From a virus (lineage: Duplodnaviria > Caudoviricetes), in IMG/VR virus record IMGVR_UViG_3300011268_000751, positions 10,955 through 74,954 of that record: a DNA stretch of 64,000 bases; one strand, given 5' to 3'. Each line of letters begins with the position of its first letter. Positions within the stretch are counted from its first letter, which is position 1. The notes below the pieces were generated by a model that had not been told where the DNA came from, ran no database searches, and saw nothing but the letters and a program-made list of their open reading frames with translations. A program made the translations under genes and the position numbers. This document shows positions 1-10,200 of this stretch, in pieces.

Positions 1-980
1 ACTTTTTTGTAACCATCACAATCATACTTCACAAGAATAACTCGCATCTTGGGAGCTTTGATAATTCCCAACTTTGCATCAAGTTGCTCTTCAAAATAAG
101 AGTAGATGAATCGATTGTTAGTTGAAAATTCATCTACGATGTCATATGCAGTTCCAGTCACATAAAGAGTGCGACAGTTGAACTTTTTACGCATGGATTT
201 CCACTGAGTAGATCCATACCCAACATGTGCTTCATCGTAGATCATGAAATCTACTTTACAATCGATCTTTTTCCAGCGGTTTTCACCTTGAATCGTTGTC
301 CACAGAATAATTTGTTTATCTGTGCTCATCCAATATTCAAGTTGTTCCTTCCAGTTCTTATCAGCAAGATTGATGAAAGTCAGGTTATCAAAGTCAGCAT
401 ATTGCTTCAAATCATCTCTCCAAGATTGAATCGGAGAAGTATAACGAGAAACAATCAAAGTTACCTTATATCCTTTCTCAAGAACATGATAAAGCGACAT
501 AATAGATTTGCCAGAACGGCACTTTGCAAACAGAAGAAATTCCTTCCAACTTTCCCAAGTAGAATTAATCTTTTCAAGAAATTCCTTCTGATGCTTACGC
601 AGTTTCAGACGTGGTTTTTCTTCAGTTTTTTCTACAAAAAACTTCTCATGAATCATGTCAATGATGATATCAGTAGAAAGAGGAGAAGTTGCAAGAATTT
701 CAAAACTCTCCCTCCCCTTCTGAATGACCCCAGGAAGTTTATTTACAAATTCATGAAGAATATCGTCATGATGGTCATCTCTATCAGACCTAGTGGAAAC
801 ATTGTTCCACCTCTGAAGGAGCAAATACTCATCATTATTGGCAGCAAGAAGTTGCTTTGCTTTACCATAATCACTCCCTTTCCTAGGAATTCCATGAGTT
901 GCCATCATGCATGGACCCTTGGTTTCACCAATACCAAACCAATTGGGATTACTTTTGAGAGTGATGAAGTAGATGTTCAC
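1..980 (-). CDS. Superfamily-2 (DEAH) helicase / type III restriction Res-like protein with an extra N-terminal domain; 3' end truncated by the window edge
   Basis: Hand translation from GTG at 980 gives VNIYFITLKSNPNWFGIGETKG...; Q-motif LRKHQKEFL, Walker A-like AKCRSGKS (504-527), DEAH (225-236), motif III TGTA (147-158). Open to the window edge, so absent from the ORF track. Confidence 0.85.
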   Translation of the reverse strand, partial: MNIYFITLKSNPNWFGIGETKGPCMMATHGIPRKGSDYGKAKQLLAANNDEYLLLQRWNNVSTRSDRDDHHDDILHEFVNKLPGVIQKGRESFEILATSPLSTDIIIDMIHEKFFVEKTEEKPRLKLRKHQKEFLEKINSTWESWKEFLLFAKCRSGKSIMSLYHVLEKGYKVTLIVSRYTSPIQSWRDDLKQYADFDNLTFINLADKNWKEQLEYWMSTDKQIILWTTIQGENRWKKIDCKVDFMIYDEAHVGYGSTQWKSMRKKFNCRTLYVTGTAYDIVDEFSTNNRFIYSYFEEQLDAKLGIIKAPKMRVILVKYDCDGYKK

Positions 981-1003
981 GGTTTTGAATTAAGAATAAA
1001 CTC

Positions 1004-1060
1004 ATTATAGCAGAAATCCCGCTCAGTGGCGGGATCTGTACCAGTTCTTTAAGTGTCACA
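1004..1060 (-). promoter_or_regulatory. -10-only promoter (TATAAT) with upstream TGTGACA-N10-TGGTACA dyad and a GC hairpin
   Basis: TATAAT at 1004-1009; no consensus -35 at 17 bp; dyad half-sites at 1054-1060 and 1037-1043; ATCCCGC/GCGGGAT stem at 1016-1035. Confidence 0.55.
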
Positions 1061-1087
1061 GTCTCATCTTCAACGCTCACAAAGCAT

Positions 1088-1116
1088 ATTCTACTGATAT
1101 TTGAGGATTATGTCAA
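1088..1116 (-). promoter_or_regulatory. Sigma70-type early promoter TTGACA-17-TAGAAT
   Basis: Perfect -35 at 1111-1116, 17-bp spacer, TAGAAT at 1088-1093, upstream of the helicase. Confidence 0.8.
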
Positions 1117-1119
1117 GTA

Positions 1120-4100
1120 TCAGTAGAAATCAAACCAGGCAGTTCCATTCCAACCTTGATGCTTATTAGTATCTGAGTTGTATATCATAGCTCCTGCAAC
1201 TGTTGTTAATCCTGTTCTTTCCGATGTTGTGAGGACTGGTGGTAACATAAATCTCTGTTTTTGGAGAGTATCTCCTATGTAACTGCCCCAATGATCATTT
1301 GTAGTTACTCCAGCTCTTGAAAAATCAACTAAACTTCTTGGAGAAATAATCACTCTATTTCCAAATCTAAATGTTTGGGAATTAATCGGACTTAAATTAG
1401 TTGTTGTAGTATTCAAGTAAACTAAATTAACTCCTATACCAACAATTGAATAACCAAGAGTAGTAACTCCTGGAATAGGTTCTAATTGCAATCCAACTGT
1501 TAAACCTGTGGTGGTTATACCAGTTATAGTGGTTGTTCCAATACCTATATTTCCCGTTGCTGTGTATAGAACATTAACATATTCTGTTGATATACCAACA
1601 AAAACTCTTGTTCCTAACTCTAATTTTTCTGAAACTATTTCCTTAGAAGTAGAATTAACTCTAAATGCAGATGTAACTTCAACATTATTATCGATATTTA
1701 AATTAGTTGCTGTGCAAATATTTCCAAATCTATTAACTTGAAGTACTCCATTTCCTGCGCTAAAATTAGAACTTATAAACGCATTTCCCGAAGATTGTAA
1801 AATAATATTTTCATTTGAAGTTTTAATATTATTAGCGACTGATACATCAGAGCTTATAGAAACGTTTCCTCTATAATCAACTATGAATAAATTATTTGAA
1901 AGTCTTCCATGCTTAACAATAAATGATCCAGTATTTGCAGCACCTATATTAACGTTACTATTATCAAGTACAAAAGATATATCACCATAATTCTCATTAG
2001 ATAATGTAAATTTATTATCATCATAAGTTATATTTACATTATTTTTACCAGAACCAACTGAACTAGAACCTATAGACAGGACTGGAACACCTGTAGATGG
2101 AGTAAATCCAAATTCAAATAAATTTGAAAGACCAGACTTAGAAATTCTAACGGTCTTATTTGCAGTTGTTAGGATATTTAATGATAAATTAGAATCAGTA
2201 GTTCCAATACCAATTGATTTATTTGTCCCATTCAGGTATAATGATGCTGGGCTCCCAATTTGGAGAATATTTCCTGTAATATTTGTATTATTACTTAATT
2301 GTATAGTTCCTGAAGAAGATGATAATTGTAATGTTCCAGAAATGGTATCAATAACGGACGTACCAGAAACCCCAATTCGCACATCATCTATAAATGCTTC
2401 TCCAAATCTTCTACTTGCACTTCCAACATTACCACTACCATCTGTAGTTGGTACTAAACTAGTAACTGATGTAATTCCTGAAAGATATGAATTTCTATCT
2501 ACAAGTAAATCACTTAAAAGTCTAACTTTATCTCCGGAAGAATTTAATTGAAGTTCTGATGAAGTTGAGTTAATTCTATTAGTAGCATCAACGCCAATTT
2601 TAATTGTATTTGCAGTCAGTCCAGTATTATTAATAACAACTCCACCATCGAATGTTGATATTCCAGAAACATATAAATTTTTATTTGTAAAGATTGATCC
2701 TGTAAACGTAACACCAGATCCTGCAGATATTGTTCCAATTACATTAAGATCATCTTCTACTTTAACTATGTGGTTATTGGAACTTAAAATTAACTGATCA
2801 ATAGAAGTATCAATTTTATTACGGGTATCTATTCCAACTCTGACATCACTAAGATTTGATCCACCATCAGCAGTGAATAACTGAACTACTGATAATTGAT
2901 TAGTGACATTCACACTATCCTGAACAGTGACAATGCCTCCAGAAGTATTAATTAATAAATTTCCGCTACTTACAAATATTGTATTTGGGTTAACGTTTAT
3001 TTCAACGTTACCAATTACTGCGGATTGTGCATTTACTATTCCATTTAATGTTGATATTCCAGAAACATATAAGTTAGATCCAAATGTTCCAGATGAATTA
3101 ACAGTTAATTTTTTACCAATAACCTGATCTCCTGAGACTGTTAATCCACCACCGACTACAGCTCCTCCACCAACTGTTGCACTTGCACCTACTACAAGAT
3201 TTCTACCAAAAGTTCCACCATAACCTACTACCAAATCTCTTGTTATTGAACCATTTCCACCGACAGATAAACTATTTGCAATAGTTGCTCCACCGCCAAC
3301 AATAAATCCACCACCAACAGTTGCTCCAGCGCCAGCAGTTAAATGTCTTCCAGTGTTAACATCAAGAGTTGCTCTTATCGATTGATTAACGTTTAGATCA
3401 TTAGCAATCGTTGCACCACCACCAACAACTAAGTCTGATCCAAAGAAACCATATGAAGAAGCAGTAACAGCACCTCCAACTGTTAAACTTCCACCAAAGG
3501 ATCCTGATGTATTGAATGAGGCAGATCCACCAAAGTTTAAATTACCTGTAATGGTTGCACCACCACCAACAACTAATCCACCAGCAATTGTGGCGCCAGA
3601 TCCTACAGTTAATATTCTATTAGTAATTAAATTACCAGCAAATGATCCTATTCCACCGAAAATACCGTGAGATCCTGCAGTAATAATACCAGTAAGGAAA
3701 ATATCACCAGTTGAATTAATTCCTACGCCCCTTTTATATTCAGGAGTTCCACCAACTTGGAAAGTATAATCTGGGTAAGTTGTTCCGACTCCAACATTTC
3801 CAGCAGCGTAGATACTGGTATATCCAAAACCAGTATCTACATCAATCCATTGTGATGTTGGTAGATTAAGTAGATTTCCACCATCACCAAAATAAGTTAC
3901 AATTCCCAAAGGATATGGGAGTGTTGCTGTTATAATTCCTGCTTTTGCAGATAGACCACCCGCAGTTAAATTGGTTACTGAAAGAACTCCAACAGTTCCA
4001 TTCGGCGTGAAAAGACTGTTTGCCGTTACTAACCCTACAATCTTTGCTGTTCCTCTAACATCTAGAAATTCAGTCGGAACTGATGTTCCAATACCAACTA

Positions 4101-4182
4101 ATCCATTAGAATTTACAATGAAATTATCTTCATCAACTTGAACACCATATCTAAAGTTAAAGGACTTTTTGATATTAGACAT
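1120..4182 (-). CDS. Tail fibre / virion structural protein (1020 aa)
   Basis: VGIGT fibre motifs, ~12-aa GG(L/F)xVGGGATI repeats, DxVRIG..xxxIDT repeats, C-terminal GAMIYNSDTNKHQGWNGTAW motif typical of phage fibres. Confidence 0.75.
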   Translation of the reverse strand: MSNIKKSFNFRYGVQVDEDNFIVNSNGLVGIGTSVPTEFLDVRGTAKIVGLVTANSLFTPNGTVGVLSVTNLTAGGLSAKAGIITATLPYPLGIVTYFGDGGNLLNLPTSQWIDVDTGFGYTSIYAAGNVGVGTTYPDYTFQVGGTPEYKRGVGINSTGDIFLTGIITAGSHGIFGGIGSFAGNLITNRILTVGSGATIAGGLVVGGGATITGNLNFGGSASFNTSGSFGGSLTVGGAVTASSYGFFGSDLVVGGGATIANDLNVNQSIRATLDVNTGRHLTAGAGATVGGGFIVGGGATIANSLSVGGNGSITRDLVVGYGGTFGRNLVVGASATVGGGAVVGGGLTVSGDQVIGKKLTVNSSGTFGSNLYVSGISTLNGIVNAQSAVIGNVEINVNPNTIFVSSGNLLINTSGGIVTVQDSVNVTNQLSVVQLFTADGGSNLSDVRVGIDTRNKIDTSIDQLILSSNNHIVKVEDDLNVIGTISAGSGVTFTGSIFTNKNLYVSGISTFDGGVVINNTGLTANTIKIGVDATNRINSTSSELQLNSSGDKVRLLSDLLVDRNSYLSGITSVTSLVPTTDGSGNVGSASRRFGEAFIDDVRIGVSGTSVIDTISGTLQLSSSSGTIQLSNNTNITGNILQIGSPASLYLNGTNKSIGIGTTDSNLSLNILTTANKTVRISKSGLSNLFEFGFTPSTGVPVLSIGSSSVGSGKNNVNITYDDNKFTLSNENYGDISFVLDNSNVNIGAANTGSFIVKHGRLSNNLFIVDYRGNVSISSDVSVANNIKTSNENIILQSSGNAFISSNFSAGNGVLQVNRFGNICTATNLNIDNNVEVTSAFRVNSTSKEIVSEKLELGTRVFVGISTEYVNVLYTATGNIGIGTTTITGITTTGLTVGLQLEPIPGVTTLGYSIVGIGVNLVYLNTTTTNLSPINSQTFRFGNRVIISPRSLVDFSRAGVTTNDHWGSYIGDTLQKQRFMLPPVLTTSERTGLTTVAGAMIYNSDTNKHQGWNGTAWFDFY

Positions 4183-4201
4183 CGCACAGATACTTTTTAG
4201 T

Positions 4202-4209
4202 TATTTATT
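4202..4209 (-). promoter_or_regulatory. T4-type late promoter (AATAAATA)
   Basis: AATAAATAACTAAAAAG immediately upstream of the 4182 start. Confidence 0.7.
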
Positions 4210-4221
4210 TCATTAATAAAG

Positions 4222-7200
4222 TCATGTTATTCTCATAATAAATGCCAACGCATAATACCTAGGAGTAATATCTACAGAAGTTCCACTTCCTGTAGGACTA
4301 ATTGTTACAGTATGAGTATGACCGCCCCCACCTGTTGCCGTTGCTGTATGTCCATGACCACCACCTCCACCTATTTGTCCTCCACTAGTATTTGGATTTC
4401 CTGAATTTGCTGGCTGTGTTTCGTTTTCACTAGTATCCAGGACAAATCCTCCATTGGGTCCTTCCCATCCAGTAGCATTGCGGTCTTTACTAATTATAAA
4501 TGCATGTCCATGATTTCCTACTTCAGATACTGTAATGGTATGTGTGTGATCAGTAACTTCGGTTAAAGTTGCAGTATGAGAATGTGAAGGTAGATTACTA
4601 TCTGTTAATGTTATACTATTACTTCCTCCAGTTCCATTATGTGTAAGCACTGATCCAGATCCTGCAATAAATCTATCTCTCAAATCTGGTCTTCCAGCAG
4701 TTCCATCACATAATGCCCATCCACTAGGAAGTGAAGAAGTCAATCCAGACCACATGATAATTCCACCAAGAGGAATAGTTCCATATCCATTAAATGTAGT
4801 ATATTCAGTTTGGCCAACTGTTTTGGCATAAACATTATTCCATCTTAATGTTGTAGTTCCAAAGTCAAAAGTTGCATCTAACCTAGGAACAATGTTGCTA
4901 TTAATTCTTGATACGAATGTTACGATATCACCTACAATGTTACCAAGGGTTACATCACCAGTTACATTCAAATTATTTTGAATGTCTATAGTTCCACCAA
5001 CAGAAGATAAAATAAGATTTCCTGAAACAGTGTCAATTACCGTGGGACCACCAGCACCAATTCTAACGTTGTCGATGGTAGCATTATCGGAAACATTTAG
5101 GACGCTAACAGTTAAAGTCGCAGCAAATATTTCTTCCCATCTCAATGTAGATGTTCCTAAAGTGAAGCTCTCATTTGCTGATGGAATGATATCACTATCA
5201 ACTCTTGCTACAAATGTCACTGTGTCGGAAGTTGCATTACCTAAATCTACATTACCTGTTACTAAAAGATTTCCAGTTAAAGTTAAGAAACCTTCAGTAA
5301 AGTTATCCAATCTAACATTATAATCTTCAGATAGAGAATTTCTCTTGAAGTCAATATATGCTCCACCGGCACCAGTTCTATAAAGTTCAATGTTTCCATC
5401 AAGATTAATAATTACTTTGCTCGCATCGGGAACATTTTCTTGGGTTACTGTCAAGGTATCATAGATATATGTTTCCTCATTTACAATTAAAATATCATCA
5501 ATAACAACTGATCCTGTAGAAGAGTCGAGGATTAAATCTCCAACTATTGTATCAATTATATTATCGTTAGCAATACCAATTCTTACATTATCAATTGTAG
5601 CACCACCATTAGCATCAACAAGTCCAGTAAAGGTTGAAATGCCAGTTACAGTTACATTTCTATCGACGTTCAATGATACATTAACATCTAAGTTATCATC
5701 AACTATAATCGTTCCACCTACAGAATTTAATGTTAAGGTTCCGGAAGAAGTATCAATTGTATTATCATTTGCTATACCAATTTGAATATTATCAATATAT
5801 GCTCCACCATTAGCGTCAATAAACCCAGTAAAGGTTGATACTCCAGTTACATTTAATTGATTATCTACAATTACATTTCCACCAAAAGCACCCAGATTTA
5901 AATTTCCAGTTGAAGTATCAATCTTATTATCGTTAGCAATACCAATTCTTACATTATCAATTGTAGCACCACCATTAGCATCAACAAGTCCAGTAAAGGT
6001 TGAAATGCCAGTTACTCTAACGTTCTTATTAACTACTAGATCCTTAACAATACCAACACCACCCTTAACAATCAGAGCTGCTCCAGCGGCACTAATTGTC
6101 AATAGTTCAGCAGTAATAACTGGTGATGCATCAGTAAGACTATTAATTGTCATGTCACCATCAAATCTAGAAGTTCCATCAACTCTGAGGTCTCTTCTAA
6201 TTCTCATACTATTATTAATGGTTAGATATCCATTAATTCTTAGTTCACCATTGAATGTTACAGGTCCATCAAACTGCGAAAGAATAGTTCCAGAGTTTCC
6301 ACCTTCAACAATTAAACGTTCCTTAATTACAACTTCATCAAATACAAGACTCAAACGTGAAGGATCTCTACCTGTAATTGTTGGAACTGGAATACCATAA
6401 GTAATTTGCGCTCCACTGGTTGATGAATATTTGGTATTTCCAATGTAGAAGTCACCATCACTATTCATTCCAGTATAAGCAATGTTTCCGCAAGATCTCT
6501 GCTGAGACTGTGAAAGGAATGCTTCAATTTCTGTTAGAGCTCTTACCTGAACCTGAGGTAAACCAGTTGAGTAGTTTCCAGGTCCGTATCCAAGGTATTC
6601 AAATGTATGTCCTGATGCTCTAAGAATAGATGGTCTTCTGAATTCAATTGGAATTGGTTTGATTTTCTTAACCAGAGTTCCATTAGAGTGCGGCTGCGCT
6701 CTGGTTCCAAGATATCCACGATGAACTCTAATTTGATTATTTCCAGATCCAGTTAATATATTGGACTCAATTCTCATAATTTCATTATCAATCTGAATAA
6801 AGCTTCCTACTGGGAAGCGACTCATTTGAGATTGTGTAATTGGAGTTGTAATTACGTCATCATCTGGTGTTAGACCATTTGTTAAGGTAGTAACTTCGCT
6901 ATCATAGAAATACATCCCTCGGGATCCAAGGCTTTCACCGCTTATATCTGAAATAGCATCGTTTGTAGATAAACCATGTTTTACTACATAACCACCAGAT
7001 GCAGAATAATCTTTCTTTGTTATCGCAGTGATTGTAGTTGCTGATATTTTCTCATCAACAATGAAATCTCCAAGATTATTATTACTGGAGTTAAAAAGCC
7101 TAAATTTATTTCCAAGAACTAAACCATGTGCGCTAGAGAAATTAAACGTTGTTAGTTTAGAAACATTATCATATGTTTGAGATGTGATTGTAGGTGCAGG

Positions 7201-10200
7201 ACCCGTTGGGAATATGTATTGACCTGTGGTAATTGATGGATCGAAATTGGTAATAGCAACGGCAACTTGAGTTGCTGATGGAATTGAAGTAATCTTATAA
7301 TATCCATCAGAAGTAGTTCCAATACCAGTGATTTGAATACCATCTCCAATATCACCAGAAATACCACTGGTTGCAATTTGAATTCTGGCGCCAGTTCCTC
7401 CTGGACCGATAACTTCCGGATCAAATTCTAAGAACTCACCATTTGTATATCCAGAACCTTTAGAAATAATATCGACACCATCAACAGATCCAAGTTTTAC
7501 AACAACTTTTGCAGTTGCACCATCCCAAGAACTAGATCCTAAATTAAATAGTTTTACATTATAATATGTTCCATTATTATATCCAGTTCCTGGAACAATT
7601 GAAGAGTAAGTTGCAACACCACTAAATCCATGTTGTCTCTCTAAGGTGATAGTTGCAGTTCCTGATGTTGGGGATGCGAATGATGTAGAAACTCCTGTAA
7701 TTGATAATCCAAGTCCAAAGTCCTTGGCAAATTTATCAATTGTTTCTCTAGTTATACTTCTCTTGAGATCATTTGTTACAACTTGACCGATTGGGAATCT
7801 CTTTGCAAATGTTTTTGCTGCTGGTGGATTATCATCAACATTATCATTATCTAACTGTGGATAAAGGTCAACAACGTGCTGAGCGTATTTTAAATAATCA
7901 AACTCTCCTGGAATAGGATTATCCGCATTCAGAACATATAGATGATAAATTCCATCTTGAACTCCATAAATGAAAGGTGTAATAACATCATTTCGATAGA
8001 TATAATAATTAGAATTTATATCATTCTTTTGGAATCTTGGGAGATCGGCATTTCTGACATTAGTGTTACTTAAAAATATTCCTGGATTTCTAGTTCTTCC
8101 AAAAATATCGGTGGTTTCATATGTGAATGTATTGTTATCAACAATAGCAGTAACTTCAAATGTTCCGTTAAATCCAAGAGTTGGAGCTGCAATTAAGTTG
8201 GTTGTACTCACTACATTGCTGATGATGACAATATCGCCAACTTTTAGACTATGGGGAAGGTCTGCAAATACTAAAACTTCAGTTCCATTTGTGGTGCATG
8301 TGCTAATAAATCTTTGGTTTCTCCTAAAAGCATAATCACCTCTAGTAATTGTATTTGCGGTAAAGTCTGAGATGGTTGATACACCAGTAGTGCTAGACTC
8401 CTGTAAAACAAATCCTGCTAATGGATCTCTTGCGTTTTCTGCTTCCTTTGGAATAACGACTCTTACCTTATAAAGCTTTTCATCTAAACTACGGGAGTCT
8501 GGAATTCTCTTAACAAATGAAACTTCTGTTCTATCAGTTCCAAATCCTGAGGTTCCATCAAGTCCCTTGATTGTGGTGTAAATATCATTGTTTGAATTTG
8601 TATTTACAAACCAGTTTCCTTGAACTAGGTCATACTGAACTGGTGATCCTGGTTCTCCAGGCTCTTTATCTGATACTCTACTAAAAATGTATAGATCCGA
8701 TCCACCATAACAAGTAATGGGAAACCTGATCTCGGCATTTGTTCTAGAAGATGCAAGTTGAATTTCATTTGCACTATATTTGATTGCATAATATTGTCTA
8801 TGCTCTACAAGATTTTCTGGAATATCTCCAGAATCACTAATCAATCTAACTTTTTCTCCATTCTGTAATGAGTGTGCTCCAATATTGAAGACTGTCGAAT
8901 TTAAATCCAAATCTGGATTTGGACCATCAATAACTCGATATAGTTTCTGTGCGCTTTCTGATCCTAAAGCTCTTGTATTAACACCAACTGTAGAGAGTGT
9001 ATTATCTACCATGTAGATACTCGCATCTTTAATTCCAAGAGGAGTTTCTACGAAAACTTTATCGTTTAATTTGGCACCAAGACGATATTGTTGTAGAATA
9101 ATCGGTGGTTTTACGTCTGGGTTTCTAAATCCATAGATGTAAAGATGATTAGAATTATTTGCTGTGCTCGTTAGACCTACATCAATTGAAATCCAGTCAA
9201 TATTTTCTTCTTCTTCAACGTTTGCTCTCGGTCCAATGATCGAAGTTATATAACCTCTATTATCTTTATCGAATGCTTCTGCCTTGTATCCAGTTGCAGC
9301 AAGAGAATATTGTCCGAAGTTTGAGTTGGAGTTTGTAATTGAAGCGTCTCCACCACTTTCGGAGTCAAAGTGTTTCGTAAATCCGATTGCAAAAACAGAA
9401 ACAACCTGAATGAATGAATCATTAGTTAGTTTAATATGACTTGTTTCCCAACCTTTTCTATAAACTGCTCTAGGATCTAAGTGATAAACTGAATTACTAT
9501 CGGTTGAAGAAGATTGTGATGAAAGTTCTGCTCCGCTTACGGTAACACTTGTGTCTAAACCATTATAAACTCTAGAAACAGGATCATATTTTACAAATGC
9601 TCTGTCATCTTTTTGTAGGGAAATTGCAGTAAATTGTGCCGTAACCATCGAACGGAAACCAGTTGCCTTATTACCATCGGCAAACAAACCATTCATGCCC
9701 CACACAGAACGTAAGGAGCAGTTAAAGATATATGGAGATGCTCCAGAAACAGTATCAGTCTCAATCGTTACTGTTGCTGAAGAAGCACCAGGGAATGCTG
9801 GAAGATTAGGTCTTACGAATGGGAGAAGATAGGTAAACTTATTTGGATCTTCATCATCAATCTCTGCAACTTTTGTTGAGATATTATAGTCTTGAGTATC
9901 AACTCCTCTAATCTTAATTGGTGTTCCAACAGAGAATTCGTGTGGTTTTGCAGTTGTTACGGTAACAACATTTGTTGCCGTTAAACCATTTCCAGATTGA
10001 ATTGAAGTAATTTCAAATGGGTCAGTTGCAAATGCACCTACAATTTCAAACTCTGGCCTTTGTGGAGCAATACCTGTTGTACTTGTTGGATATTTGTCAG
10101 AAAAAGGAATTAATCTTCCAGATGCATCATTATATGCATTTCCTAATTTAGCATAATACATCTCAAGGTCGGTGAGAGTATATCCATCAACAATATTAAC

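Noticed and set aside
225-1010. 261-aa plus-strand ORF from the track
   Set aside because: Antisense shadow of the minus-strand DEAH helicase, which has clear motifs and promoters; its translation has no recognisable features.
949-1080. Leaderless 43-codon ORF (VSVEDETVTLKELVQIPPLSG...) starting at the P1 transcription start
   Set aside because: It simply reads through the promoter dyad and hairpin and overlaps the helicase start out of frame; no independent support.
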